From the IMG/VR virus record IMGVR_UViG_3300028888_000053, positions 32,001-96,000 of that record: 64,000 bases of DNA; one strand, given 5' to 3'. Below, piece by piece: positions 50,202 through 63,829 of the stretch. Position 1 is the stretch's first letter. The number at the start of each line of letters is the position of its first letter. Source of the stretch: a virus. Taxonomy: Duplodnaviria > Caudoviricetes. A program made the position numbers and the translations under genes. The notes under the pieces were generated by a model. The model saw only the letters and a program-made list of their open reading frames with translations. It ran no database searches and was not told the origin of the DNA.

Positions 50202-50233
50202 TTATTATAATATATAAAATGCGAAAAATCAAA
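50202..50233 (-). promoter_or_regulatory. Promoter-like motif TTTGATT-N17-TATAAT
   Basis: Lies between terminator 50249 and ATG 50174. Confidence 0.55.
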
Positions 50234-50248
50234 TTATTTTAAATAAAT

Positions 50249-50276
50249 AAAGCGGAGAATGATTTTCCCCGCTTTT
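50249..50276 (-). terminator. Rho-independent terminator
   Basis: Minus strand AAAGCGGGGAA-AATCA-TTCTCCGCTTT followed by ATTTATTT. Confidence 0.7.
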
Positions 50277-50295
50277 ATATTGATTTTTAATAAGA

Positions 50296-52011
50296 TTAAG
50301 CATAATATTTAATACCTTCATCATCAACTTCAGCCCAAACGAGATGTATTTCGGAACCATCCATATTGGAATTATTATCGATGTTAATTGCGACAAATTC
50401 AGAGCCAAAACATAACGAATTTGTCCTTATACCAGAATCCCATATCTTTGCAGCAGTTGTACTTGTCGCTCCCTAAGATGCAAGCTAATAAGCATTTACT
50501 GGACGCCAAGTATTAGTATCAGTCCAAGGAACATTGACATAAGGAACACCATTATCATCCAATGCAACGGCATAAGCTTTACCTGTAACGCCATTTCCAC
50601 TTAAAGTTTCATTTTCACCTAATACATTCAAACTAAATACATGATTGCTTAAATCTAAACCGTCTGCAGCTGTATAAGGAGTACTTCCAATGGTAATTTT
50701 TTGATCTGCTAATGTAATAGTCGCATCACCAGTTGTAGCTAACTAAATATGTGATACAGCACTAAAAGCTCCACCGTTTGCCTATGTGAGTAAATTTATA
50801 TATTTTCCAGTGCCAGAAGAATTATATGATGTTGAATTATTTGCTGTAGCAGTTATTAATGAATATTTATTATTAGTAGTTGTTACGGTTATTGTATCAT
50901 CGCTTGTTCCAGATATTGTTGTGCTGCCTGTAAATACTAATGTTTTAGCAGCACTTGGATTGTATGTTAAACTTGTTGGAGTGTCTTTTGTATCCTGAAT
51001 AGTTAATGACTAAAAACTAGCCCAAGTAGGAGATGAAGATCTTATTGCTAAATACTGATCATTAGATCCGTTAGCCAATGATTTAATAGCCTATCCATCT
51101 GCTCCTAAAATTAATGTATTATTGGTTAATACATCTGAAGCAGTAACTGCACCATCTATGTTAGCTTGAGCAACAGTCCAATGTGAACTTTGATACGATG
51201 GCTGGGATGACTGGCTGGTTGTTGCATCAGAAATAGCAATGATTAGATCTCCAACTTCAACGTGTATGGAACTTCCACTCGGTTTTGTAGAAACAAGTTT
51301 ACCAGCACTAGTAATCCATCCAGCCTCATTAACTCTATACGTCCATCCTGCTGAATAAGCACTTTTATCCAAAGTGTCACCAACTATTAAAACACCTTTA
51401 AATACCATGGCATTACTAGCGCCAAGAATATCATCTATTGCTGTTTTGACTGCTCCAGAAGTAATTAAATTAGAACTATTTTCAGTCACAGTACTGTCAA
51501 TTTTCTTTGTTTCAACCGCGTCAGTACCATTTCCAATTAATACTTCACCTACTGCTAAACTATCTTTACCAGTACCACCATACTATACATCAATTTTAGT
51601 ACCATTCCATTTTCCAGTTCCAATTGTACCTAAAGTAGTAATTTTAGTAGAACCAGTCCAGTTGCTTAACTCGTTTTCTGTGACAAGATCTGTCAATTTC
51701 GTCCATGTAACAGAAATTGTAGTATCTGCATTGTTTGTTAATACTGGGATAGAAGCTCCATCTGTTGACAGTGGCTTTGCGCTGGTTGTATTGCCGGCTG
51801 TACTATTATATATTAATCCAAGTCCATATGACGCAGCAGAAGAAAAATCTAACCCATGAGTAAGTAAATGGCCATCACCAGTAAATACTAAAGAGCGATA
51901 AAAATCATTTGAGCTATTATTCCACTCTTTATCATTAGAGTTATCTTTTAACCATTTCTTCGAAGAATTAAGATTTTTTCCTATATATACTAATTTCTAT
52001 ACGTTTGCCAT
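50296..52011 (-). CDS. Tail fibre protein (571 aa)
   Basis: MANV*KLVY...; YGGTG, AMVFKG, VEVGDLIIA and YVNVPWTDTNTW motifs. Includes fragment 51091. Confidence 0.75.
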
Positions 52012-52016
52012 AATTT

Positions 52017-53123
52017 TTATTTAACAATTTCTAACCAATTAATATACAACATCTTCTTGTCTGTGCCATCAAACTTGAAGTCTTTACTAATTGTAAGAGT
52101 ATCGTCTATGGCAGATATTGTATCATCATCTTCTTCTATTTCAATCTTTACAGGAGCAGGAATGCCAGCAATTCTAGTATCTACATAGTTCTTAGCTGTT
52201 GCCAAGGTATTATATACCAACTAAGGACTAGCAGCAATTCCATCTCCTTCTGGAGCAATAATAGCTCCACCATCTGTTTCAAATGTATTTTGGAGTATTA
52301 CTGTTCCTCTAATCTCTGTTGTAGCAGGCTATACCATATTATAGACTAATTGAGGACTGGCGGCAACTCCAGTTTCCTCTGGAGCTATAATACCACCATT
52401 CTCATCAGTTTCAAATTCATCCTATAATTTTACGATACCTGCTTTAATATTTGTTGCAGGAGCGTTTACTCCATGCTAATAACCGTCTACAAAAATACCA
52501 TCCTGTAAAAAGTAAACTCTTCCTTCTTCATTGTGAGTATCTCTATCAAAAACCTAAGTAATATCTTTAGCAAAAGTGACAGGAATCTCACCTTTCTTGA
52601 TGATAGAAGCATTTACTTCTATGTTATTGGCAGTTCTATTATTTTTAGGCCCAGTAAAAAGTAACTAAACTTGATACGGAATATCAGATAACTGTATTAA
52701 TACGCTCTATAATCCATAATAACAACTTTCTAAATCATTACTTGTTACTTTTAATACTATATCATATGAATTCTGCGTTTGTTCTTCATTAACTACGAAT
52801 GGAGTAGAAATTAAAGTCTTGACATTATCCTTAGCCTATATAGTACCAGAAAATGATACTGAATTTACTTCTAATCGCAAATTACGCTAAGAACATAAGT
52901 CACCAGTACTAGTTAATAGTAAAGTCTTGGTTAAAATAGTACCTATAGTATGATTCTATAAACCAGTTACTCTAAATGTGTACTCTAATTCGTTTTCTAA
53001 TGTTTCACCACCATTCAATATTTCAGCAGTATTATAAGTGCCAGACAGCTTCGTTAAAGCAGTAGAACTACCATTAATTTTAAAGGATGATAAAGTTGCA
53101 CTTATGTTGTCTATTACTGCCAT
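52017..53123 (-). CDS. Fibre-associated protein with duplicated tail-fibre repeat (368 aa)
   Basis: Two ~40-aa copies of PAT....G.V.LQ..FETD..G.IIAPE..G.AASP.LVYN at ~52460-52210. Confidence 0.7.
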
Positions 53124-54061
53124 GTTAATTGAGTAGCTATGTTATTAATATTTGTTGTATTTTGAGAAATATTGGTTGTGTTAGTGGAAATACTAGTAGT
53201 ATGCTACTATACTGTATTTGACAATGCAGAAATTGCAGAAGTATTCATGCCTATTGCAGTATTCATACCAGAGACAGTCGTGTCAGTATAAGCTTTTGCA
53301 GCGTTGAGAGCATCTGCTATATCTTTATCTGACTCACTTCTTGTTTTGTAATTTGATAAGTCAATAGAACCGCCTAAGGCATCCCAACCATCTGATGTGT
53401 ATACATAATTCATACCAGTGGTAATTACATTATATACATCACCTATAGTTGGATCTTCAATTTGTTGTAAAGCGTTTTGATTTTGAACACTACCTTTAAC
53501 TCTATATACTGAAGCAATTAAAGAATCCGCATAAGATTTTGCTGCCGTCTCTGCGGCGTCGGCTTTATCCTAAGCAACTCCTTCCAAATAAGTATTATTA
53601 GCTGAAATTGAAGTTGTTACATATTCCTCTGTGGCATAATATATATTACCTGTCTTTATTCCATTAGAATCAATTGTGATAACATTATTACCCTAATCAT
53701 CCTATACAAGAATACTTTCAGTAACGACACTGCCATCTGCCGAAAAATAATCAGCAAGAGTCTTTAGAATTGTACCACTCTAATTAATAACAACAGGGAA
53801 ATCTCCAAGATTTAAAACAACTACACCCGTTTTTCCATTTACAGAATCAACTGCTCCTCCACCTCCAGAACCGCCACCGCCTCCAGTGGTTCCATCGCCA
53901 AAGATTTTACCATCAACGATAATGTAATTACCAGTATTATCTGATACAAAACATATTGCCCCTGGTTCTGCATCTTCTGGAAGTGTAGCTAAAGCTAAGG
54001 CTTCAGCCTTTGTTTTACTTGCATAAAACTTTACACCTAAATCTTTTATATCTAAAGCCAT
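53114..54061 (-). CDS. Fibre protein with coiled-coil C-terminus (315 aa)
   Basis: VDSVNGKTGVV, VYRVKGSV...GDVYNV...WDALGG motifs. Fragments 53780 and 53207 are in frame. Confidence 0.7.
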
Positions 54062-54062
54062 A

Positions 54063-54272
54063 TTAATTCCAGTGTAAATTTTTGTTTAATAAATCTAATA
54101 TCTATTTATCAGTCTTAGACATTAATCCAGACTATTCTTCAGTGGCATCTTCTATTAGAGGAGCCCATTTGTTGTATTTGTATATAAGAATTTCTTTATC
54201 ATTCTTAATCCAAACATGTGAATATGTTGGAGGGGAAGTGACTCCCCTCCAAACTGATATATTCTTATTCAT
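54063..54272 (-). CDS. Small fibre-associated protein (69 aa)
   Basis: MNKNISVWRG...ATEE*SGLMSKTDK*ILD, with ATGA overlap. Confidence 0.6.
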
Positions 54273-54634
54273 TTGAAAATCTATTTTGCAATCTATTTAC
54301 ATTGTGATCTCCATAATTGAAATTCACGCTCTTCATCTTCATGATTACCAAGTCTAGCATTTGCCAATAAAGCCAACTCGTCATCTATTGAATACTTCTA
54401 ACGAATTAATTCGGAAACAGCATTTTCGTAATTAGTAGAAGAAATATAATATATATCACCATTGATAAAAACCGGTAACACTTCTTCTATTTCATCTTCA
54501 TTAAATGCAATCGATATTACCTTTCCGTTTTGAACCATGGTAGAAGGTCCTAATGTCACTTCTTCTAACAAACCATATTTTGTTTTTAATATATGTCCAT
54601 CAGAAGCCTTTAAAGATTTTTTAGTTTTTATCAT
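54269..54634 (-). CDS. Putative fibre assembly chaperone (121 aa)
   Basis: VSELIR*KYSIDDELAL...EF..WR..CK pattern, directly after the giant CotH-like gene. Confidence 0.55.
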
Positions 54635-54642
54635 AATACATA

Positions 54643-57600
54643 TTAATTTTGAAGTATGTCATTAATGTATAATCTAACATCATTCTTGTATGCCAAGAAA
54701 GCATCTTTAACAGACTAAGTATTTGTAGTTAAATATAACGCATTTCTTCTATTTGAACCAAAAGGTGTTGTAGGCGAAATTGTTGTTGGAACAACATCGG
54801 TATTAATATGGATAATATGTCCACTGTTTTCATAAGAAATAAATGCATTAGCTCCAATATACTATAAGTTAGTAAAATAAAATTCGTGAGAACGTGTGAG
54901 CTGCGAAAAAGCTGAAGCATAAATATGTGTTACATTATTAAACGTAACCCCTCCGTCATTAACTCCACCTGCCCTTAAAGGTGCATTAAAATTATTAAAA
55001 GCACTAGTTCCGATTTTTGAACACGATTGCCCAATTTTTATATTCCCCCAAGAATAAGTTGAATCGCAATAGAAACTTCCGTCGCCAATTTCTTCAATAT
55101 TATCAAATGTAATAGTGTTATCATTTGCTGGTGGTATTCCACTAGCTTTATAGAAGGTATATGATAATTTCTTAACATATGGAGCGAGTGTACTCCAATC
55201 GAAGCAAGGACTATTAAGTTTGTAACTTGAAACATATCCAATAGTCAAGTTTTTACTATTTATCGGAGCTCCTAATTTATACATAGGAGCGCCAGCATTT
55301 GCATAACTCCATTGTCCTCCACCTAATGTAACATTAAACATCGAATAACCCCAAAATGCATTTGTACTAGAATCACTAATTAATAAAGACCCTCCTATAT
55401 TAGTAACAATATTTCCTATTTGTTCAATAGTATTTGCTGGATAAAGAAATAATGGATTATCTACGCCTGTCGATAAATTCATTTCAACCGTTAAAGATAA
55501 ACTAAATATTCCAGCTGACTAAGATGTTCCATTATTAAAAATTTTCTTTATTTTCGTACATTTAGTAAGATCAAATTGCAAATTCGATAGTAAAGAAGTT
55601 AGACTACTCAGGTTCACAACAGCAGAATTTAATGTTGAAGGCAATACAATCTAGCCATAACCATAATAGTTAGAATATATTGACGTCCATAAAAATTCAG
55701 AAATACGTTCTGGTAAAACTAAATTTTTAAATTTAAATGATGTTGGCACAGTAAATAGAGTATTACTTACTCTAAAATACTATAAATAAGTCAAATCGTA
55801 AACAGCGCTATCTGTATCTGATTGTGATAAAATAGACGTTCCTGTGCCTGCACTACACTAAATAGTATTATTGCCAGTAGAAATTGTATACTTAACAAAA
55901 TGAGATCTTTTTAATTGCGTATCACCTAAATTATCTAAGACACCACCAGCAAATAAATCATTTAACCATTTCAATTCTGGATTGTAAGATGTTGTACCTG
56001 GTGTAAACTCATCTATATTACATACCACTTTATCATAATATAGTATTTTACTACATACATTTTTGCCATATAATACAATATTCAACGTACAATCATCTGG
56101 TGTCTATGAATCTGGAATATATCTTAATGTAGTAAGTATATGCGTTGTAGAATCATAAGAATATTCCAAACTTCCTGAAGTCACAGAAATAAGCACATTT
56201 GTTCCAATTTGAGTATCATTGAATAAATGCTATTTAGTACTTGCAGAATCTACATTTAAAGAAATAATACTACCATCTTGATTCACTATATCATATTCAT
56301 TTCCAACAACTGAAGCAACAACTGATGTAATAGGAATATACTAAACAGTAATTGGATTCGAAACTGCAGGTTCACCACTAACCGGTGTTGCAGTAATAGT
56401 TACCACACAAGATTTGCTTTCATTATTAGATATAGGCAAAGCGGTTAACGTTGCCATATATGAATCTGATTCGCTCGTATTAAGATTAATATATGGTTGT
56501 AATTCTGTGGCATTATCTCCAGAAATCTACATAGTGAATTTAGCCAATCGATTAGTATTAATTTGTATAGGATCTCCATTCTCTCGCAAATACTAGCTAG
56601 TTAATGTAATCCTAAATTCATCAGAGTCCATATTAATAATCGTTAACGCCGATCCAAATGCATTAAATAATATAGCCTTTTGCTCATCTGTAATAGTTAA
56701 ATTTCTTCCAGTACCAGAAATGGCAATATTTTCTATATTATAATTAGTAATTAACGTAGCTAACGTAACTAATTTAGATATTGTAGATGCACTTAAATCA
56801 TCTGGATTATCACCCTATCCAATAATAATCTCTACGTTAGAGAACTAACTATAATGATCAATAATTAAATCAAGAATTGTATTATATAAATAATCACTAC
56901 AATGATTAATAGAAATAGTATCAATCTACGATGAATTTTGAATTGTCAGATTAGCCAATGCAATATTATTGGTGAAATCAAGTTTAATTGGTTTATATAA
57001 TATAACGTCTTGTAGTTTCGATCCTTGTGGCAATGTGATATCTAAATAAGAATCAGTTGAATCTAATGTTCTCAACATAGATAAGGTACTTAAGTCACAT
57101 GATAAAGCACTCTCTATGTTTTTATTTAAATTTATTAACTATAATTCTTCAATATTCGGAATAAAAGCATTCTTAAGAAAGTCCAAATTATCAACATATA
57201 AATTTCCTGCAGAAGATCCGAGTATAAATTTTGTTAAATATGGAAGGCTATTATCATATGCAAACTATACTAATCTAGTATTATACTAATTTCCATAGAA
57301 ATTAGAAAAATCAATACTAGTTGCTCCATACAATCCAAATAAGTCATTTTCATTTGAATTTGCAGTATATTCAACATTAAGCTAACCTATTCTATCTGAC
57401 GGATTATCTGTAAGTGTTAATAATTTTGTTGGAGTATAAGACCTAGATTCTGCATCATAATAAAATCTCCATTTATTAAATGCCGATTCGATACTAATTG
57501 TATTATGTGCTAACTTTGAGATGTCATTTGCAAATTTAAAACCAAATTTATAATTTCTAATTGATTCGGCTCCATATAAAGCATCAAACCATTTTGTTCG

Positions 57601-60600
57601 TTTAGATAAGAACCATTCTCTATGATACTTTCTATTTCCTTGATATTTTGCCAAATTATTTACATCGTAATTAACGACATTAGTACTTGTATTAAGCACA
57701 GTAGGATACATATATTTAACTTCTGCATCGATATTATCTGCAGCATCAGGCATTTTACTGTTTAAATATCCAGCAATAACATTATCGGTTAATACTGTGC
57801 GTAATTTCTAATATGTTACTTCTACTAATTTACCAAGGCCTAATACATACTAATTACTAGTAGTATTATGTATATATGCATCATAGCAATATTCGATATT
57901 ACCCCAAATTGCATGATACGAAACATTATTCGAATCTATACCATTGTATACTCCACTTGTTTCATCAGCATCCCAAGGAAGCTCTAATAAACCAGTGTTA
58001 GCTATACCAAGAATTGTGTCATTGTCATAGAAAATATAGAAAGCTCGCATGTGACCCATTGGATAATTACCATTAGATCCGTCGTTATCAGAAACTTTAG
58101 GATCGCAATAAAATCCTAACATACAATTTTTAATACGCTGATCTGCATTAACGAACATTTTTGTTAAGACATAATATTTTAAGATATAATTTACATTAAA
58201 ATATAAATGTAAATCCCTAGCAAAAATAGCCGCATGACTTTCTTTTTGACTCTATGGCCATAAATATACATTATTTTTATATAACCATTTATATAAACTA
58301 TTTAATAAATATGGCGTCGTTCCATTCTAATAAGCTATATATCCAGCATCATCACTATCAAAATCAGGATATCTTGGTTCCCAAGCCTATTCTTGACAGA
58401 ACCAAGCTAAAGGCTAACCGACATCTGTGGTTTTTTCAGTAAATGGATTTAAATTACGATAAGTTGCATTCTCAGAATCTGGCATTTCTCTTCCAAATGA
58501 AGAATCGCCTTCTTTCATATAAGGAAAAGTAAATGCTCCAATATTACAACGTATTGATCCCAGTAAATTTAAATGCTCTATATTTGTTGGTTTATTTGTA
58601 GAGAATTCCCAACATTCTGTAGGATTAACATATGTATTATTAGAACTAGACGTAAATGTCGAATGCGTGTCATCAAATGAACTATCAGTAATACCAAATA
58701 ATTCTTTCAAATGATCAGCTTCATTTTGAACAATTTCATTATCAAAATAACTTGGTTCATTTCCTGATGTATTAGTAAAACCAAATACATCTTCTGAAGC
58801 TTTTTCATTATTTAAATTATATTTTCCAGCATATACTATATTACCAAGTGTGCCATCTTCATTCCTGCCCTAGAAAAATAAATAAATCTATCTACCATCA
58901 ATGCTCTAACGTACTTCATATGGAAATTCTGCCGCTTCATCAACATCATTCATTGGCAAATGAACGCATTCCTAATTATACAAAATATCGCCTTTATTGA
59001 TAATTGAGTCAGAAGATTCTAATGCATACTAAGTCATTCTTGCAAAACCCGTATTGTGCATACCTGAAGATTCTGCATAATCTGCTTTCAAACAGAATAT
59101 ATTGGCAGGCATGGAATTATAAGAACTTTCTTGCAATCCCGTCTCATCAATTCTATTTGTGTTAAATAGAGAATATTGTGCAGGGTTTGAATCAGTAACA
59201 TTATTAATAAATTCACTAGGATTAAAATTAATTCCTGTAACATTAGAACCAGTAACAAACGTCTTAGTATAAGAAATTGTATTGCCTTTTGGATTTGTTT
59301 TATCCCATCCAGTATTAAATGGTGCAATATCCGTAAGCTTTTTTCGGAAATAAATTCTAAAGTTTTTAATAGGATAATTCATTGAAGAAGTACCCTATCC
59401 AGAAAGAGCTATTCTATCAGCATAAAAATTACCAGCATAAGCAGTCTAATTAGAATTCATTTTTTTAATTAAGAATGTTTCTCCTGCTAATAATCGCCAG
59501 CTCTTTGTTTCATTACCGCTATTATCTCGAGCCAGTAATTCATTGATAGTTTTCCATGGTTCTCTCACTCCATTTTCATGAGCACGAATTAACATATAAA
59601 CAGAGCCAACAGGCAATGTATCTATAGTTACTTTTTGTCCATTACCAACATGGTTGGTATTTAGTGAAATGGCACTTGAGAAAATATTATTCTAAGTACT
59701 ATATTCACCAATATTGGTATTATTATGAATATTATATAAAGCCTAAACTTCACTGAAAGTTATTGCTTTATTATAATATTGTATACCATATAAATATAAC
59801 GAAGTGTTATTTGCGGTAATAATTACATTATTATCATTAGCGGTACTAGTCCCGCTGCCTAAAATCATCTAAGAAGTACCATTAACATAAATAATTGCTA
59901 CATTACCATAATTACTACCATACCATACAAATGTAACTTCTTTTATAGAATTTTCACTAGAAAACTATGTTGTTACACTTTGTGTTCCTTGATAAATCGT
60001 TGCACTTTGTGAAGTTATTTTAAATCCATCACAATTATTCTTGATACAAGAAATTAAAGTTTCATTTGTATTTTCATTCACAGTTGAAAATCTAAATGAT
60101 ATAGCTTTTGGCGTTGTGATATTTAATGGTTGAATATTGGCATTAATTAATGCTCCATTATTAATAATTATGGCTTTTCCATCATTAGACCATCCATTTG
60201 AAGACCAATCAAAACCAGTAAACTAGAAAGAATATCCATCGATATTCATTTCATCAACAGCGGAACTCTATCCGTTTGGTATAAAATCAATAACTGGATT
60301 TGATGGTACAATTAAATCGTTAGCTAATTCAATCGTATCAACTAATAATGTAAAGTAATAATTACCAACCGAAACCGTTATAGTATTTAAATCAGATTGC
60401 AACAACTAATGAGACCAAGATAAATTCTATAAAGAATCGCTTTTGCCAGAAATATTAATTGTATTTATTTCTTTTTCATTTACTTTATAAACAACCTATC
60501 TATCAGTTGGGATGTATGCATATAAATTTAAATTAATAGTATCATATTGTGTGGCAACTATTCTATTTTCAGCCTAATTAACATTAGGCATGCCAATAAT

Positions 60601-61551
60601 TTTAAATGCAAATTGAGGATTTGAGCCAGAAGGATTAGAAATTAACTAAAATAAAACAACATCAGATTCAATTGTTGTGTCTCCTAGCGTAATTGCACTC
60701 TATATATAAAACGGATATTCGTTTCTGGTTGCAGTAGAACCAACTATATTACTTAACGTAAGATTATTTAAAGATGTTCCAGTAAATGAATTCACTGTAC
60801 TATTCAATCCAGAATATATTGTTGTTGTAATATCATTTGCGCGAATACCATACGTGGCTGATGTTATATTTTTTCCTAAAGAATCTGTTAATTCTAAATT
60901 TAATCCAAAAATAGAACTTGTACTCTATACAATTGTTGATATATCGTTAATATTTGTTAATTCTGCATTTAATTTAAGTTTAAATGACAATATATCTTGC
61001 GTTGGTAATACACCATCACTTTGTGCAAAAGTAGCAGCGCCATCACTATCAGTATACGACATATCAATTCTGATAGTATTTTTACCTTCTATAATATAAT
61101 CACCAGAAATTACATATGTTCCATATCTATCACTATTTGAATATGTAGCAGGAGCATTAAAAGTTGCAATCAATCCATTATTAACATATAGATTAACTTT
61201 TGCTTGTTTGTTATTAATTCTAGAGTTGTCGGCAGTAATATTATATGAATATCTAACTGTTACATCTGTTCCAGGAAAAGCATAAGAAGGAACCACAAAA
61301 CTTGTTAAATTTATAAACTTTTCAGATTTTGGTGTAAGTTTGATATCATAAGGAGTTTTTGTCCCGTCTACCTTTGTTACTTCGACAGAAAATTCATCTG
61401 TATTTTCTTCGTGTGTAAACACAATATCCTAAACAGTTTTATTGACGGTAGTAACGATGTCATTAAATTGTGATTTTATTGCGTTCTAAACTTGTTGTCC
61501 AGTAAATGGTACTGAACCCCAATCTGTATTAATATCATTACGTAATTCCAT
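54643..61551 (-). CDS. Giant virion protein: Ig/LamG-like domains + CotH-kinase-like domain + leucine-rich repeats (~2,302 aa)
   Basis: Seven ORF-track fragments are in one frame. CotH-like motifs G*GTSSMNYPIKNFRI, CLKADYAESS..HNTG, IDG, GKYNLN, D*RIKN (DQRIKN) and FYDNDT. C-terminal LRR/BspA-like repeats (IEEIGDGSF, KIGTSAF). Confidence 0.75.
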
Positions 61552-61556
61552 AATAT

Positions 61557-61748
61557 TTAATTATTTTTCCATGATTCACTATTGCTCCAAGGTTTGTCAC
61601 TTTTCCAAGTTCCAGAACCAAAACAGCTTGTTATCATCTCCCAAACTACTTTTAAGCCATACATCACTCGCGATATTTGCAATCTTAAATAATAAATGGC
61701 AGAAATAGAAGCTTTTTCATTATTCTCACTAAAAGTATAATCTATCAT
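61557..61748 (-). CDS. Small protein with W-rich C-terminus (63 aa)
   Basis: Complete ORF filling the gap between two genes; SCFGSGTW...PW...W. Confidence 0.65.
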   Translation of the reverse strand: MIDYTFSENNEKASISAIYYLRLQISRVMYGLKVVWEMITSCFGSGTWKSDKPWSNSESWKNN

Positions 61749-61754
61749 ATCTTA

Positions 61755-62546
61755 TTAATTTTGATTGGTAAACCATGCAATATATTCTTTATCTGAATTT
61801 ATTGTAACAGTGTATGAACTATTTGTACTTACTGTATCCATAGAATCAGATCCATTGGAAGCTGATTTCCATGCAGCAAATGTATAACCATCTTTTGGCG
61901 TTGCAGTAATAGTTACTTGTGTGCCTTTTGATACATTAACATGATCTCCAGAATATGTTACAGTACCCATACTATCATCTATTGGTCTTGCATATATAGA
62001 ATATTTTAATGAATCCGTCCCATCATATAAAAAATAAATAGTATTAGGATTTAATTGTTTATTTGCTACTTTTTGATTATATGCTGTCGTGGTTAAAATT
62101 TCATATGATGCATCATAGTTGAGGTTTGCTGCTAAATTTTGCGCTATTTCATCAATTGAATCTATTTTATCAGATACTGCTGATATGGAATTTGCAATTG
62201 TCTATGCTTCATTTTTAGCAGTATTTGCATCTTCTGCAGCCTATTCAGCAGTTTGGATATCAGTACTAATAGATGTCATTTGCTACTTGATATTATCTAC
62301 ATCATTTTGAATTTCAGTAATTACCTCAGAACTTGAAATATTATTTTCTACTTCTTGTATTTTTTCTTTTAATGTTTTATTAACTTTAAATTCTAATCCT
62401 CCAAGTTCTGGATCAATAGTAGTATCACTCCAATCATAAGCAATGTCTTCTGCAACGGCAAGTACCTTAGATCCATCACTGGTAGCAAAATTAGCAGCGA
62501 GAATATTAGATATTTTCTAATAATTATAATTATTATTCTTTTCCAT
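61755..62546 (-). CDS. Coiled-coil protein with C-terminal InlB B-repeat/Flg_new-like domain (263 aa)
   Basis: GTQVTITATPKDGYTFAAW...YTVTI...YIAWF. N-terminal extension through TAGs to ATG 62546. Confidence 0.75.
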
Positions 62547-62548
62547 TA

Positions 62549-63829
62549 TTAATTAATTTTAAATTGATAACTTAAATTGTCATAAGATGCTGGCTTGATA
62601 TAATATACATTATATTTCACATCTCCCAACATAATTCCATTGCTATATGTTTGATACGACATGGCGGTAGATACCGAATTAGATATTTCAAACCAATGCT
62701 ATAATGATTTACCTTGTGGTAGACAGAAAAATAGATATGTATTTGATGATAACTATCCATTTCCTAAATCACAACCAGAATATTTATAAATATTATCTCC
62801 AGTAATATCTATAGTACCACTTGAATTTTTAATTGCAAATTCAGATCGGCCAACTAAATATCCACCAGTTAATGCTGCAGCTGGCGCATAACCAATATAG
62901 TATGTAGTTTCAGTTTGTGGTTGAGCACTTGAAGATACATTTACTGTTAATGTTTTTGTGAATGAATCATAAGTAAATGTTAAAGTAGCAGTTCCTGCGC
63001 TATTAATAACAATCTAATGTAGTGTTGTATCCCAATATGCTACAGATGCGTTATTTGTGTTTACTGTAACTAAATTTGTAATAACAACAGGTTCTATCTT
63101 AGAATGAATAGCATAAACCTCTACCGTCTAATTACCTGCCGAATCTGTAACTTCTAAAGTTGAAGCCCCAGTTCCAATTCTAATATCTGTAATAGTATCT
63201 GTTTGAAGTTGTGCTTCAATAGCATTTAATCGAACAAGAATACTATTCATATCAGGCTAATTATTTTCTAGTGTTGTAACTCTACTTTCTAAAGAACCAA
63301 TTCTAGTGCTTAATTCTGTATCATCATATGTACTACCAGAACCACCGTTCTCTAAGGCTCTAATTCTTTCAAGCGCACTAGATAATGAAGTTTCTACGGC
63401 TGTTAATCTAGTTCCAAGACTAGTGTCTCCACCTCCTTGTAATGCTAAAATATCTCGACTATTTCTCGCTACATCACTCCACAGTTTTTCAACTTCTAAT
63501 AATTTAGCAGAAGTTAAACCCTAAGTAATATTTTGAAGTTCTAAAACATTAGATCTTATGGTTTGTAAATCATATGCTAAAGTATCTAAGTGGTAGCTCG
63601 AGACAATTCTACTTTTCTAATCGTTTAATAATGAGTCTATGTTTGGTTTTCCAGCAATAGCTTCCCATGTTAATGAGAATTCGTCTGGAATACCTAAATT
63701 ATATCTAGCACGAGCTTTATCTACATCCGTTGTCAGTTCACTAAAATATCGATTAACTTTAAAGAACTCGCAAGGTTTTTCATGTAGACCATCCTTATGC
63801 GTCGATATGTGGATTTTTGACTATTCCAT
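62549..63829 (-). CDS. Coiled-coil + Ig-like fibre/adaptor protein (426 aa)
   Basis: ME*SKIH...KARARYNLGI, heptad repeats (RLTAVE, RIRALE, RVTTLE), then beta domains. Open only with TAG read-through. Confidence 0.7.

Noticed and set aside
52210-52460. Tandem ~120-bp imperfect repeat considered as a CRISPR-like array
   Set aside because: Only two diverged copies, in frame within a coding sequence; it is a protein fibre repeat.
35690-63829. Diversity-generating retroelement or invertible fibre cassette
   Set aside because: No reverse transcriptase or recombinase, no near-identical TR/VR pair noticed by eye, and all genes are co-oriented. A computational repeat search would be needed to exclude it fully.
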